DNA of 64,000 bases from Actinomycetota bacterium (GCA_016931915.1 JAFGDU010000046.1:410-64409); one strand, 5' to 3'. Counted from the stretch's first letter, positions 1-10,194 are shown. Notes: generated by a model from the letters alone, not told the origin. Made by a program: numbers and translations.

Positions 1-1
1 A

Positions 2-868
2 TCCTCGGGCAAGACGACGCTGGCCCTACATATAATCGCCGAGGCACAGAAAAAAGGCGGTATCGCGGCGTTCATAGATGCCGAGCATGCACTCGATCCG
101 ACATATTCCAAAGCGTTGGGAGTGGACGTTGACGAACTCCTGATATCGCAGCCTGACACCGGCGAGCAGGCATTGGAGATCGCGGAGATGCTCGTGCGCA
201 GCGGTGCATTGGACGTGGTGGTCATTGATTCCGTGGCCGCGCTGGTACCACGCCTGGAGATAGAGGGGGAGATGGGCGATGCACATGTAGGCCTGCAGGC
301 GAGGCTGATGTCGCAGGCCCTGCGCAAGCTCGCGGGCACCATCAACAAATCACAGACCACGGCGATATTCATCAACCAGCTGCGAGAGAAGATAGGGGTG
401 ATGTTCGGGAGCCCCGAGACGACTCCAGGCGGCAGAGCGCTTAAATTTTACGCCTCCGTCCGGCTGGATATCCGAAGGATAGACAGCATAAAGCAGGGCG
501 CTGAAATCGTCGGAAACCAGGTGCGTGTAAAGGTGGTCAAGAATAAAATGGCTCCGCCGTTCAGAAAAGCGGAATTCGACATCATGTACGGCGAGGGTAT
601 ATCAATCGAAGGCAATATACTGGATCTCGCGGTCGATAACGGCCTGGTGAAAAAGAGCGGTGCCTGGTACACATACGGCGAGGATCAGTTGGGCCAGGGA
701 AGGGAAAACGCCAAGCAGTACCTCAAGGACAACCCCGCAATCACAACGGAGCTGGACTTGAAGCTGAGAGAGGTACTGAATCTTCCCCAGTCATACGATC
801 GGGAGCACGCCCAGGCGCAAGCGCCAAAGGGTGAGCCACAGGAGGTCGGCAACGGAAAGCCAAGATAA
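2..868 (+). CDS. recA: Recombinase RecA (5' end cut by window edge)
   Basis: The frame continues upstream of the listed ORF to the window edge and reads [32 protein letters not shown] (Walker A). Downstream are [49 protein letters not shown] and the RecA C-terminal domain. Confidence 0.97.
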   Translation, partial: SSGKTTLALHIIAEAQKKGGIAAFIDAEHALDPTYSKALGVDVDELLISQPDTGEQALEIAEMLVRSGALDVVVIDSVAALVPRLEIEGEMGDAHVGLQARLMSQALRKLAGTINKSQTTAIFINQLREKIGVMFGSPETTPGGRALKFYASVRLDIRRIDSIKQGAEIVGNQVRVKVVKNKMAPPFRKAEFDIMYGEGISIEGNILDLAVDNGLVKKSGAWYTYGEDQLGQGRENAKQYLKDNPAITTELDLKLREVLNLPQSYDREHAQAQAPKGEPQEVGNGKPR

Positions 869-1349
869 TAATAGGAGCTATGAGCGAGCAAGAGGGCGTG
901 CATTCCATAAGGCGCTAAAGCTTCTTTCGTATCGCGCTCGAAGTCGCTATGAGCTCGAGATGAGTCTGCGCGAAAAAGGCTTCAGCAAAGAGATCGTGGA
1001 CGACATCAACACCGAGCTGGAGGATAAAGGCCTGATCGATGACTCCTGTTTGGCGCGTGATATCATCGCAAGTGGCCAGAGAGCAAACAGGAGCCGCTCG
1101 CGCATATACGCGGAGTTGCGCAGGCGGGGCATAACAAGAGAGGAGGCCGAGGAGAGCCTGGATCACGGTTTCGACCCCGAAAGGGAGCGGAAAGCCGCTG
1201 CAGAGCTCATGTACAGGAACCTTTCCTGCCTGCCGGGTTCTGCAAATAAATCCGATATCGAGAAGATCTCCAGAAGGCTGTTCAGAAGGGGTTTCTCGGC
1301 TTCCGCAATAGCGGGTGCGGTCGAAGACATGCAGAGCAATGATGGTTGA
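831..1349 (+). CDS. recX: Recombination regulator RecX
   Basis: Lies directly after recA and overlaps its 3' end. It has RecX-like three-repeat helical sequence ([24 protein letters not shown]..., [13 protein letters not shown]). The only in-frame start is GTG at 831. Confidence 0.85.
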   Translation: MSHRRSATESQDNNRSYERARGRAFHKALKLLSYRARSRYELEMSLREKGFSKEIVDDINTELEDKGLIDDSCLARDIIASGQRANRSRSRIYAELRRRGITREEAEESLDHGFDPERERKAAAELMYRNLSCLPGSANKSDIEKISRRLFRRGFSASAIAGAVEDMQSNDG

Positions 1350-1370
1350 CCGTCGCAAGCTCCGCTTTTC

Positions 1371-1399
1371 TTGACACCGCTAGTCAGCTCTCCTAGAAT
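1371..1399 (+). promoter_or_regulatory. Sigma-70-type promoter candidate upstream of rny leader
   Basis: TTGACA (1371-1376), 17-nt spacer, TAGAAT (1394-1399), counted directly in the sequence. Confidence 0.55.
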
Positions 1400-1520
1400 T
1401 AATGCAGGCCTAAGGATATTTATCGATATCCAAGCAGTTTTGCTTGTTGTATATACCGTTAGGTACAGTATTAACGTCAAAACAGTCTTTACGGTATATA
1501 TCACTTATCGATAAACCCTT

Positions 1521-1546
1521 GAGCCGAGATTGATCTCGGCTTTTTT
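1521..1546 (+). terminator. Intrinsic terminator/attenuator inside the rny 5' leader
   Basis: GCCGAG-attgat-CTCGGC stem-loop followed by TTTTTT (1541-1546). It lies between the promoter candidate at 1371 and the rny start at 1604. Confidence 0.6.
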
Positions 1547-1603
1547 GCGTTGTATATCAGGGGTCTAAACCCCGGGTTTATATAGATGAAGGGAGGAACG
1601 GAT

Positions 1604-3139
1604 ATGTTATATGCGATTATCGCCGGCGTTGCAGCCCTTGTAATAGGCCTTATAGCTGGGTTTTTGGCTCGTAAGTATATGGCTGAAGCAAAGATATCCT
1701 CGGCTGAAGAAGAGGCCAAACGCGTACTCCAGGAAGCGGAAAAGGTATCTGAAGCAAAAAAACGTGAAGCTCTACTTGAGGCTAAAGATGAGATTTTCGC
1801 CATGCGCAACGATACAGAACGCGACATCAAGAACCGCCGTAACGAACTGCAACGCTTTGAACGCAGGCTTCTACAGAGAGAGGAACAGATGGATAACCGC
1901 TCCGATAATCTAGAGAAGCGGGAGAAATCCATTACCTCAAAGGAGAACGAAGTACAGGCTATCCGCGCAGAAGTACAACAGACCCTTGCGAGGGAGAAGG
2001 AGCAACTCGAGAAGGTAGCGGGCCTGTCAAAGGACGAGGCGAAACAGCTTCTCCTGAGTCAGGTAGAAGAGGAGACTAAACGGGAAGCGGCCCAGGTGAT
2101 CAAGAAGATCGAGAGCCGCCTGCGCGATGACGCTGAAAAGAAGGCGAAGCATATTATCGCCAACGCCATCCAGAGATGTGCATCCGACCACGTGGCTGAG
2201 ACCACCGTATCGGTGGTACCCCTCCCCAACGACGAGATGAAGGGCAGAATAATCGGACGTGAAGGCCGCAACATACGCACCTTCGAGACCTTGACCGGAA
2301 TCAACCTGATCATAGATGACACTCCCGAGGCCGTAATACTCTCGAGCTTCGATCCGGTCAGGCGAGAGGTGGCCCGGCTCACCCTCGAGAGACTTATCAC
2401 CGACGGCCGTATACAGCCGGCCCGCATCGAGGAGATGTTCGAGAAATCCAAAGCCGAGGTTGACGCAGAGATAAAGGAAGTGGGGGAGCAGGCGGTATTC
2501 GATGTCGGTCTGCATGGTGTCAACCATGAACTCATGAGGGTTCTTGGCCGCTTGAAGTACCGTACGAGCTATGGCCAGAACGTGCTCAAGCATTCCATCG
2601 AAGTCGCTCACCTCGCCGGCCTGATGGCCGCCGAACTCGGAACGGATATCAAGCTTGCAAAGAGAGCGGGGCTTCTCCACGATATCGGCAAGGCCATCGA
2701 CCATGAGGTGGAAGGTTCACACGCCATCATAGGAGCTGAGCTCGCCAAGCGTCTCAAGGAGGGGGAGGCTGTGATCCATGCCATCGAGGCGCACCATGAA
2801 GAGGTCGATGCGAAATCTATCGAGGCCGTACTCGTGCAGGCCGCTGATGCCATCAGCGCAGCCAGGCCTGGAGCCCGCAGGGAGACCCTGGAAAGCTATA
2901 TCAAACGACTGGAGAAGCTGGAAACCATCGCCGATTCATTCGAGGGCGTTGACGGTTCGTATGCCCTTCAGGCTGGAAGGGAGATACGCGTTATGGTAAA
3001 GTCAGACGTCATAGACGATCTCGGCTGCGTGACCCTTTCCAGAGAGATAGCCAGACAGATCGAGGATGAACTGGAATACCCGGGGCAGATAAAGATAACG
3101 GTAGTGAGGGAGAAACGCGTAGTCGATTACGCCAAATAG
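1604..3139 (+). CDS. rny: Ribonuclease Y
   Basis: N-terminal TM helix ([20 protein letters not shown]), a long charged coiled coil, a KH domain ([15 protein letters not shown]) and an HD domain ([10 protein letters not shown]...LLHDIGKA). The ATG at 1604 sits 7 nt after AAGGGAGG and is preferred over the ORF-track start at 1586. Confidence 0.95.
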   Translation: MLYAIIAGVAALVIGLIAGFLARKYMAEAKISSAEEEAKRVLQEAEKVSEAKKREALLEAKDEIFAMRNDTERDIKNRRNELQRFERRLLQREEQMDNRSDNLEKREKSITSKENEVQAIRAEVQQTLAREKEQLEKVAGLSKDEAKQLLLSQVEEETKREAAQVIKKIESRLRDDAEKKAKHIIANAIQRCASDHVAETTVSVVPLPNDEMKGRIIGREGRNIRTFETLTGINLIIDDTPEAVILSSFDPVRREVARLTLERLITDGRIQPARIEEMFEKSKAEVDAEIKEVGEQAVFDVGLHGVNHELMRVLGRLKYRTSYGQNVLKHSIEVAHLAGLMAAELGTDIKLAKRAGLLHDIGKAIDHEVEGSHAIIGAELAKRLKEGEAVIHAIEAHHEEVDAKSIEAVLVQAADAISAARPGARRETLESYIKRLEKLETIADSFEGVDGSYALQAGREIRVMVKSDVIDDLGCVTLSREIARQIEDELEYPGQIKITVVREKRVVDYAK

Positions 3140-3151
3140 TCTAACGGCTGA

Positions 3152-3180
3152 AATGGGCGGAAGGTATTTCCGCCCATTTT
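3152..3180 (+). terminator. Intrinsic terminator after rny
   Basis: Perfect 10-bp stem AATGGGCGGA / TCCGCCCATT with a 7-nt loop, running into a T tract. Confidence 0.7.
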
Positions 3181-3345
3181 CCATGCAGCCTCAAATCCGC
3201 TTCCTCCACGCCGCTTCTCCAGAGATCGACCTGCCCCCTGCTGGAGTCAAACCGTTATTATAGTCTTATACCCGTCAAAAACGTTCAGGAAAAAGCGCAA
3301 GCCTGCCGAGATGGAGATTAAAGATAACTAACGTCTAGACGGGAT

Positions 3346-4473
3346 GTGAGAAGAGAATTGACTAGCGAGAATACCGCAGATGGAGAAGGGCTCCTGGAAT
3401 TCGTCCGTACCTTCGCGGACCGCGATACATTCACCGTTGAAGAAGATCTGGGGCACGGCTACGTAAGGCTGAAAGTCACCGAGGCGGAGAGGCGGCAAGC
3501 GCTACAGGATATTCGCTGCGTAGAGGACGTGGTCAAGGAACTAGTGCGCAACGCAAGGGACGCGGACGCCAGAAACATATACGTGACCTTTCAGAAGGAG
3601 AAAGGGCGCTGGCGTAATCTCACGGTACTCGACGATGGCCGTGGAATCCCACAGGCGCTGCACCGCAAGATCTTCGAGGCCAGGGTGACATCAAAGGTCG
3701 AGGACGTGGTAGCGGACCGTTTTGGCGTACACGGCAGGGGCATGGCCCTTTATTCCATCAAGCAAGTGGCCGAGGACATCCAACTGGTATGTTCTCAGGA
3801 AGGCCACGGCACCATAATCCATACTCGCATTGACACCTCGAATATACCCGAGAAAAAGGACCAGTCCACATTCCCGAGGCTCGAGAAAGACGAGGACGGC
3901 AGGGTTTCCATAGCGGGTGGTCCTCGTAACGTGCCGCGGGTTCTTACGGAATTCGCCCTCGGCTCGGACAAGCTGAACATCTTCCTGGGATCCAATGCCG
4001 AGATTCTGGCCACCCTCTACCATGACTCGGTGGAACTGCGCAAATCATGGGCTGCCGGCGAGGATGACGTAAGCCGACCCATGTGGTTTGAACTGGGGAA
4101 CATAAAAGAAGGTCGCATATTGCACGGGTTTTGCGAGAGCCAGCTAGGCCTGCATGTCTCGGAGCGCAATGCTTTTCGTATCCTGGAGCTGGAGATAAAC
4201 CCGCTTATGAGCATTAACGAACTGCTCAACGAGGGCGGGGTTGTCCTTCCCGCCAGAAGGGCTGATCTGCACCGACAACCGCGCATCAGCTGGAGCGACC
4301 ACCTGGCTCGACGCTTGAGCCAGGATGATATATCACGCATCAGCGACTCGCTGCAGGAGATCTGCGAGGAAATCGGCAGCAGATACTACCTGCAGGCCGA
4401 AACTCCCGTGATAAAGAGGCGCAAGAACCGCCTTATCATATCCCTGGGACTGCACGAACGGGAAGATGACTGA
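3346..4473 (+). CDS. GHKL-superfamily ATPase (SpoIIAB/RsbW-like N-terminal domain) with an uncharacterised ~190-aa C-terminal extension
   Basis: N-box-like ELVRNARDADA, G1-like LDDGRGIP and G2-like HGRGMALYS motifs. The rest has no recognisable domain. GTG start; start uncertain. Confidence 0.6.
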   Translation: MRRELTSENTADGEGLLEFVRTFADRDTFTVEEDLGHGYVRLKVTEAERRQALQDIRCVEDVVKELVRNARDADARNIYVTFQKEKGRWRNLTVLDDGRGIPQALHRKIFEARVTSKVEDVVADRFGVHGRGMALYSIKQVAEDIQLVCSQEGHGTIIHTRIDTSNIPEKKDQSTFPRLEKDEDGRVSIAGGPRNVPRVLTEFALGSDKLNIFLGSNAEILATLYHDSVELRKSWAAGEDDVSRPMWFELGNIKEGRILHGFCESQLGLHVSERNAFRILELEINPLMSINELLNEGGVVLPARRADLHRQPRISWSDHLARRLSQDDISRISDSLQEICEEIGSRYYLQAETPVIKRRKNRLIISLGLHEREDD

Positions 4474-4680
4474 AACCCACCTGTCTGAGCAATCGCCCTC
4501 GACGCACGAACGTTTCGGAAGGAACCCGCAGGGCTCGTACCAGGAATTAAGATAACTGCTACCTGACCAGGCATACGACCGCAATATGCCTTTAACAAAA
4601 TTATAGAATGATATATCATTAATTCTTACCTAGGGATGTCGGTCGTTGTAGCAAACGAAGCAAGGGGAGGAGCCTTAAAC

Positions 4681-4941
4681 ATGGAAGTGCTCAAGGTATC
4701 ATCGAAGTCAAATCCCAACTCGGTCGCCGGTGCATTGGCGGGGGTGTTGCGTGAAACGGGGAGCGCGGAGATACAGGTCATCGGGGCGGGCGCACTCAAC
4801 CAGGCGGTAAAGGCCATCGCCATCGCCAGGGGTTTCGTTGCACCGAGCGGCATAGACCTGGTATGTATTCCCGCATTTACTGACATAATCATAGATGGCG
4901 AGGAGAGGACTGCTATCAAGCTATCCGTAGAGTCCAGATAG
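4681..4941 (+). CDS. spoVS: Stage V sporulation protein S family protein
   Basis: The 86-aa product MEVLKVSSKSNPNSVAGALAGVLRE...IGAGALNQAVKAIAIARGFVAPSGIDLVCIPAF...DGEERTAIKL is near-identical in pattern to SpoVS. The ATG at 4681 follows a GGGGAGGAG RBS. Confidence 0.9.
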   Translation: MEVLKVSSKSNPNSVAGALAGVLRETGSAEIQVIGAGALNQAVKAIAIARGFVAPSGIDLVCIPAFTDIIIDGEERTAIKLSVESR

Positions 4942-5011
4942 ATCCCGCGTAAAAATCTACTATACGAACACCTGGCAGTGCGAGACCCGGTTTCTGGGAT
5001 AAGGAGGCGTC

Positions 5012-5419
5012 ATGAACGTGCTCAAGATCATATTCCTGGTAATCGCCATTGTCTCCGTCCCGCTGCTGGCCCTCTTCCTTATCCGCCTCGTGCTCAAGCT
5101 CAGCCGGGGTGTCGATCACCTGAACCGTACTCTGGATGATGCCAGGCCCCAGTTCATCGTGCTGCTCAAGAACCTCAACCAGGCGGTTGAGGAGGTAAAC
5201 GGCGAGCTCGAGCGTGTAGGACAGATGACGGGTGAGGCACAGGCGATGCTGGAACTGACGGAATCGAGCCTGCGTACCGTTGATGAGGCCCTGCGCTCCC
5301 CGGTAGCGCGCTTTGGTGGGATGCTAGCCGGGTTTGCCACGACCACGCTGCTCTTCCGCGGCATATCGCACCGTCTCTCGCCACGTGGCCGAAGATCCCG
5401 GAGAGGAGGAGCGAAATAG
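5012..5419 (+). CDS. Membrane-anchored coiled-coil protein, DUF948-like
   Basis: N-terminal TM helix, then a helical region typical of DUF948 (LNRTLDDARPQ...LNQAVEEVNGELERV). RBS AAGGAGG lies upstream. Confidence 0.5.
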   Translation: MNVLKIIFLVIAIVSVPLLALFLIRLVLKLSRGVDHLNRTLDDARPQFIVLLKNLNQAVEEVNGELERVGQMTGEAQAMLELTESSLRTVDEALRSPVARFGGMLAGFATTTLLFRGISHRLSPRGRRSRRGGAK

Positions 5420-5460
5420 CCGAGTTCATCCTGTCTACCGCCTCCCTCTACAACTTCGAG

Positions 5461-6192
5461 TTGCGTGATGCCTTCAAGCTGGCGCGAGACGCGGGCTTCA
5501 GCGGTGTCGAGCTGATGGTAACCAAGCGGGCCGAGACCCAATCCACTTCATGCGTGCAGGAGTTGTCCCGGAAGGCGGGGATCTCGGTCCGGAGTATCCA
5601 CGCTCCCTTTCTCCTTGCAGCCAAAAAGGTCTGGGGCGGACCACAGGAGAAGATCGCGACCTCCGTCGCCATGGCTCGCGCACTCCAGGCGGAAGTTGTG
5701 GTTATCCACCTTCCTTATTTCTGGCAATGGAATTATGCGCGCTGGGCACGGCGTAACCTGAACGATTATGCTCGCCAGAGCGGTATTACCATCGCCATGG
5801 AAAACGCGATGCATGTAAACCTGTACCGGCCCGTTAACCTCAGCCTTTTCAACTCGCTGCGGGATATTCGCTGTTTCGACAGCCTTTGCTTCGATACCAG
5901 CCACTACGCCATAGCGGGTGTAAACATATTCAAGGCCTGGGAGGCATTACGCGGCCATGTCCGGCACATCCACCTCTCCAACAACTACCTCAAGGGATTC
6001 GACGACCATGCCCTGCCCTTCGAAGGACGTCTCCCGCTGGACCGTTTTCTGCGCCTGCTACACAGTGACGGCTTCGACGGCAAGATCGCGCTCGAGCTGG
6101 GGCCGGGCCCCCTGGAAGCGCGCCTGGGAAGAGCTCGTATCCTGTATAACCTGCGCCGCAGCCTCGAATACTGCCTCGCAAATTACGCTTGA
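5461..6192 (+). CDS. Sugar phosphate isomerase/epimerase (xylose isomerase-like TIM barrel)
   Basis: Motifs GFSGVEL, SIHAPF, VVVIHLP, IAMEN, FDTSH, HIHLSNN and ALEL. The open frame continues upstream (AEFILSTASLYNFEL) without any ATG/GTG/TTG, so the true start is unresolved. Confidence 0.7.
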   Translation: MRDAFKLARDAGFSGVELMVTKRAETQSTSCVQELSRKAGISVRSIHAPFLLAAKKVWGGPQEKIATSVAMARALQAEVVVIHLPYFWQWNYARWARRNLNDYARQSGITIAMENAMHVNLYRPVNLSLFNSLRDIRCFDSLCFDTSHYAIAGVNIFKAWEALRGHVRHIHLSNNYLKGFDDHALPFEGRLPLDRFLRLLHSDGFDGKIALELGPGPLEARLGRARILYNLRRSLEYCLANYA

Positions 6193-6391
6193 GCTTTATC
6201 GGCTCCTCACACTAAAACGCCACTCAGTGGATCTCCTCTAAGGCCTGCTGCAATGCAAGGTATCCAGCTGTAACGCAAGTGCCCCGAGTGCACTCGCTTC
6301 ACTGCCGTGCGCCATGGTGGAGGCGCCGGGCAGAAACCATCGTCCTCTCATACTGCAGCCACGCGTGTAGAAACCCTTTACAATAACAGGT

Positions 6392-7705
6392 ATGGGAAAT
6401 AAATATGCGGTGGTTACCTTCGGTTGCCAGATGAACATACACGACGCCGAGCGTATTCGGGGTGCGCTGGACGCAGGCGGGTGGAGTGAATGCGGCACGG
6501 AGGAAGCCGATGCCATCATCTTCATGACCTGCTGCGTTCGGGAAAGCGCCGAGCAAAGGTTCTACGGCCGGCTATCGTCCGTCAAACCGCTAAAAGAGAA
6601 GCGGGGCACTGTCATAGCGGTCGGCGGTTGCCTGGCACAGAAGGAGGGTCTCCGCCTCATGGAGCAGGCACCGTATGTGGACGTGGTCTTCGGCACTCAC
6701 CAGTATCCTCATATCGCCGATCTGCTTGCTCAGACAGCCCGGGGTCGCTTATGCTCTACGGATTTGAGCGGCGTTTGCCTGTCCGGCGTCCCCTGCAGCC
6801 GCTTTGATGATTTCCGGGCGTGGATAACCATTACCCACGGATGCGACAATTTCTGTTCCTATTGCATCGTACCGTATGTACGCGGGGGGGAGGTAAGCCG
6901 ACCCATGCAGGAAGTCGCGGAAGAGGTAGGCGCACATGTCACCGCGGGCGTCAGAGAGATCAACCTGCTTGGCCAGAACGTCAATTCATACCGACGCAAG
7001 GAGGAGGGAAGAAGCCGTTTCGCGGACTTGCTGCGGGTATTGGGAAACAGGTACCCCGACCCCTGGATCCGCTTTACTACCTCCCATCCGCGCGACTTCG
7101 ACTCCGAGATAATGCGGGCTATCGCTGAGACCGGAAACGTATGTGAATACGTTCACCTCCCGCTTCAGGCCGGCTCAGACCACATGCTCGCCGTTATGAA
7201 CCGTGGTTACAGTCGAGACGAATATATGCACAAGGTAGCAGAGCTGAGGGCATCGGTGCCGGGGGTTTCAGTGACGACCGATCTGATCGTAGGCTTTCCG
7301 GGCGAAACCGAGGAGGATTTCGCGGCGACGATGGAGGTAGTCGAAAGGTGCCGTTTCGACGCCGCCTTCACTTTCCTGTATAACGCCCGTGAGAGGACGG
7401 CTGCGGCCGGACTTCCGGGCGAGATCCCAGTGAAAGTGAAACAGGCGCGCCTGCAGAAGCTCATGGAGGTTACGCGCAAGATGACCTCGGAAAGCATGCG
7501 CTCGGAATTGGGAACCGACCAGACCGTTTTGGTGCACGGACCAAGTCGCAAGAACCCACGGCGCTGGTCGGCCAGGTCCAGGACCAACAAGCTCGTCCAT
7601 TTCGAACGCGGGGACGACGATCTGAAGGGTGCTTTCGCACGTGTTCATATCACCGCAGCGGGCAACTGGAGCCTGCAGGGAACGCTGAGAGAGATACTGA
7701 GCTAG
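6392..7705 (+). CDS. miaB: tRNA-2-methylthio-N6-dimethylallyladenosine synthase (radical SAM methylthiotransferase)
   Basis: UPF0004 N-domain (VVTFGCQMNIHDAE), radical-SAM CxxxCxxC (HGCDNFCSYCIVPYVRG) and a C-terminal TRAM domain. Confidence 0.9.
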   Translation: MGNKYAVVTFGCQMNIHDAERIRGALDAGGWSECGTEEADAIIFMTCCVRESAEQRFYGRLSSVKPLKEKRGTVIAVGGCLAQKEGLRLMEQAPYVDVVFGTHQYPHIADLLAQTARGRLCSTDLSGVCLSGVPCSRFDDFRAWITITHGCDNFCSYCIVPYVRGGEVSRPMQEVAEEVGAHVTAGVREINLLGQNVNSYRRKEEGRSRFADLLRVLGNRYPDPWIRFTTSHPRDFDSEIMRAIAETGNVCEYVHLPLQAGSDHMLAVMNRGYSRDEYMHKVAELRASVPGVSVTTDLIVGFPGETEEDFAATMEVVERCRFDAAFTFLYNARERTAAAGLPGEIPVKVKQARLQKLMEVTRKMTSESMRSELGTDQTVLVHGPSRKNPRRWSARSRTNKLVHFERGDDDLKGAFARVHITAAGNWSLQGTLREILS

Positions 7706-7821
7706 GAACGCATGTACCACGGGGGTTTTTCTCCTCCGGGACTTGGGTATCCTATAACCGTTAGTGCAGATATGGTCTAAACCCGACCGGTATTCTGCGC
7801 CGCAGATACGGAGGTGATCGC

Positions 7822-8649
7822 GTGGGATCTGAAGACGGGATAATCGCTGGCTGCATAGTGCCGCATCCACCGTTGCTCATTCCCGCCATTGGCGGCAAAG
7901 AACGCGAGAAGGTGCGCTCGACTTATATGGCCATGGAGGAGCTCAGCCACGAGCTTGCGGGCCTCCAGCCCGACGTCCTGGTCATGATATCTCCCCATAC
8001 TCCACCCTACCGGGACGCGTTTATCGTCAAGCCCGATCCTGTATTGGGTGGAAGCTTCGCTTCCTTCGGCCAGCCTCAAGTGCGTATCTCCAAGCAGAAC
8101 GATGTCGAACTCGCTGCCGCCATGGTCGAGACCGCGGAATCCGAAGGATTTCCCCTGCTTTCACAGCATGCGGCGTCTTCGCGCCTGTCCGCGCCGGGTG
8201 AGGAGTTGGATCACGGCCTCCTGGTTCCTCTGTATTACCTGGACCATTCCTTCGAGACACCGGTCGTATGTTTGTCTATCTCCGGCCTTACCTACGAAAG
8301 CCATTTTCGCCTCGGCTCTATCGCACGCACGGCATGTGAAAAACTCGCACGGCGTGCAGTCTTCGTGGCAAGCGGAGACCTCTCCCACCGCCTTATCAGG
8401 GGGGCACCGGCCGGGTACAGCCCGCAGGGAGAGGAATTCGACAACACGATCGTGGAAATTGTACGTGAAGGCCGCTTTGAAGCCATCAACGAAATACCCG
8501 AGGATCTCGTGGAGGCAGCGGGCGAATGCGGATTTCGTTCCATACACGCCATGTGGGGAGCGCTTAAGGACGGCCCACTGACGAACTCCGTGCTCTCATA
8601 CGAGGGCCCTTTCGGCGTGGGCTATCTCGTGTCGCTGACCCTTGCATGA
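7822..8649 (+). CDS. Class III extradiol dioxygenase (LigB)-family protein, AMMECR1-associated
   Basis: GCIVPHPPLLIP, LVMISPHTP, LDHGLLVPLYYL and ASGDLSH motifs of the LigB/Memo-like fold. GTG start follows GGAGGTGA. Confidence 0.7.
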   Translation: MGSEDGIIAGCIVPHPPLLIPAIGGKEREKVRSTYMAMEELSHELAGLQPDVLVMISPHTPPYRDAFIVKPDPVLGGSFASFGQPQVRISKQNDVELAAAMVETAESEGFPLLSQHAASSRLSAPGEELDHGLLVPLYYLDHSFETPVVCLSISGLTYESHFRLGSIARTACEKLARRAVFVASGDLSHRLIRGAPAGYSPQGEEFDNTIVEIVREGRFEAINEIPEDLVEAAGECGFRSIHAMWGALKDGPLTNSVLSYEGPFGVGYLVSLTLA

Positions 8650-8667
8650 GGGTAAGGGGGAATACAA

Positions 8668-9207
8668 ATGACAGAGAGCGAAGAGCTTGACATCAGGAGC
8701 CCCCACGCCATGCTGGCCCGAAAGGCAATAGACGTATGGGTAAGGGAGAAGAGGGAGCTTTCTCCCGAGGAGATCAAGGACGAGAAGAGTGAACTCCGCG
8801 GCAGATCGGCCGCCTTCGTCAGCCTTAAAAAGCAGGGGGGGCTGCGCGGATGTATAGGCACCTTTCAGCCGACACGGGAAAGCCTGGCAGAGGAGATCGT
8901 CTCCAATGCGATCAGCGCAGCCAGCCGAGATCCTAGGTTTCCACCCGTCTCCAGCGACGAACTGGAGGAACTAGAGGTAAGTGTAGACGTGCTCAGCGAG
9001 CCGGAGCCGGTAAGCGACGCATCGCAACTCGATCCCCGCCGCTACGGTGTGATCGTGAGAAGGGGGAACCGTACGGGTCTACTGCTGCCGGATCTTGAAG
9101 GGGTAGACAGTGTCGAGGAACAGCTCGAGATAGCCCGCAGCAAGGCGGGCATCAGCCCCCACGAGCCCATTCAGCTCTACAGGTTCACCGTGGACAGATA
9201 CCACTGA
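8668..9207 (+). CDS. AMMECR1 domain protein (AmmeMemoRadiSam system protein A-like)
   Basis: [20 protein letters not shown]...[10 protein letters not shown]...GLLLPD signature of AMMECR1. Confidence 0.85.
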   Translation: MTESEELDIRSPHAMLARKAIDVWVREKRELSPEEIKDEKSELRGRSAAFVSLKKQGGLRGCIGTFQPTRESLAEEIVSNAISAASRDPRFPPVSSDELEELEVSVDVLSEPEPVSDASQLDPRRYGVIVRRGNRTGLLLPDLEGVDSVEEQLEIARSKAGISPHEPIQLYRFTVDRYH

Positions 9208-9213
9208 GGCAAA

Positions 9214-10194
9214 ATGCTCCGAGCTTCCATCCAGACAAAAGTCGCAGCAATACTTGGTCCGACCGCCGTTGGTAAGAGTGATGTAGCGGCAGCCGTGGCA
9301 CCTTCACTGAACGCGGAAATAGTATCCGTTGATTCCATGCAGGTTTACCGTGGCATGGAAATCGGGACGGCCAAACCCGGTCCTGAGTTGAGGAGAAGCG
9401 TAAGCCACCATATGATTGACGTCGTGGATGCTTCAAACGACTATTCCGTGGCTCAGTTCCAGAAAGAGGCGCGGCGTAACATCGAAGAGATCATATCGCG
9501 AGGCAAAGTCCCTCTGCTGGTAGGGGGTACCGGCCTCTATTTCGAGGCCGTCGTCTTCGATCTGCGCTTTCCTCCAGGTTCCGTCGACGATGATCTCAAG
9601 CGAAGGCTGTGCAAAGATGCGGAACGCGATCCGCAGGGCCTGCGCAGGCGTCTTGCCGAAGTAGATCCGGAATTCGCGTTGAGCGATCGCTTGAGCAACA
9701 TGCGACGAGTGATACGGGCTATGGAGGTCTACGAGCGCACGGGCATACCCTTCTCGTCGTTTCAACGCAAGCGAGGCGAGCAGGATATCTACCTGCACTT
9801 CACGGGAGTCGTGCTCAACGCCCCCCGCCAGGCTTTGTACGGTGCCATAGATCGCCGCGTTGACGAGATGCTCGCCTCCGGCCTGCTCGACGAGGTCAGG
9901 CGTCTCTCCTCGGCAGGTGGGCTCTCCCGCACCGCCAGGCAGGCACTGGGATACAAGGAGATCCTTGACCACCTTGACAGGGGTATGGAGCTCGAGGAAA
10001 CTATCTTTAATATCAAGCGGAGGTCGCGAAATTATGCCAAGCGCCAGCTCACATGGTTCAGGCATATTCCCGGGCTGCGCTGGATAGAGCTGGATGAATC
10101 CGAACTGGAAAGACCAACTAAGCGCTTGGTAGAGGAAGTTGGGCGCTACCTGGCGAAGGGGCTTTCTGAGATTCCTGTTCTACCCGACACGTGA
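9214..10194 (+). CDS. miaA: tRNA dimethylallyltransferase
   Basis: P-loop GPTAVGKS, then DSMQVYRGMEIGTAKP and further IPP-transferase family pattern. Confidence 0.93.
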   Translation: MLRASIQTKVAAILGPTAVGKSDVAAAVAPSLNAEIVSVDSMQVYRGMEIGTAKPGPELRRSVSHHMIDVVDASNDYSVAQFQKEARRNIEEIISRGKVPLLVGGTGLYFEAVVFDLRFPPGSVDDDLKRRLCKDAERDPQGLRRRLAEVDPEFALSDRLSNMRRVIRAMEVYERTGIPFSSFQRKRGEQDIYLHFTGVVLNAPRQALYGAIDRRVDEMLASGLLDEVRRLSSAGGLSRTARQALGYKEILDHLDRGMELEETIFNIKRRSRNYAKRQLTWFRHIPGLRWIELDESELERPTKRLVEEVGRYLAKGLSEIPVLPDT

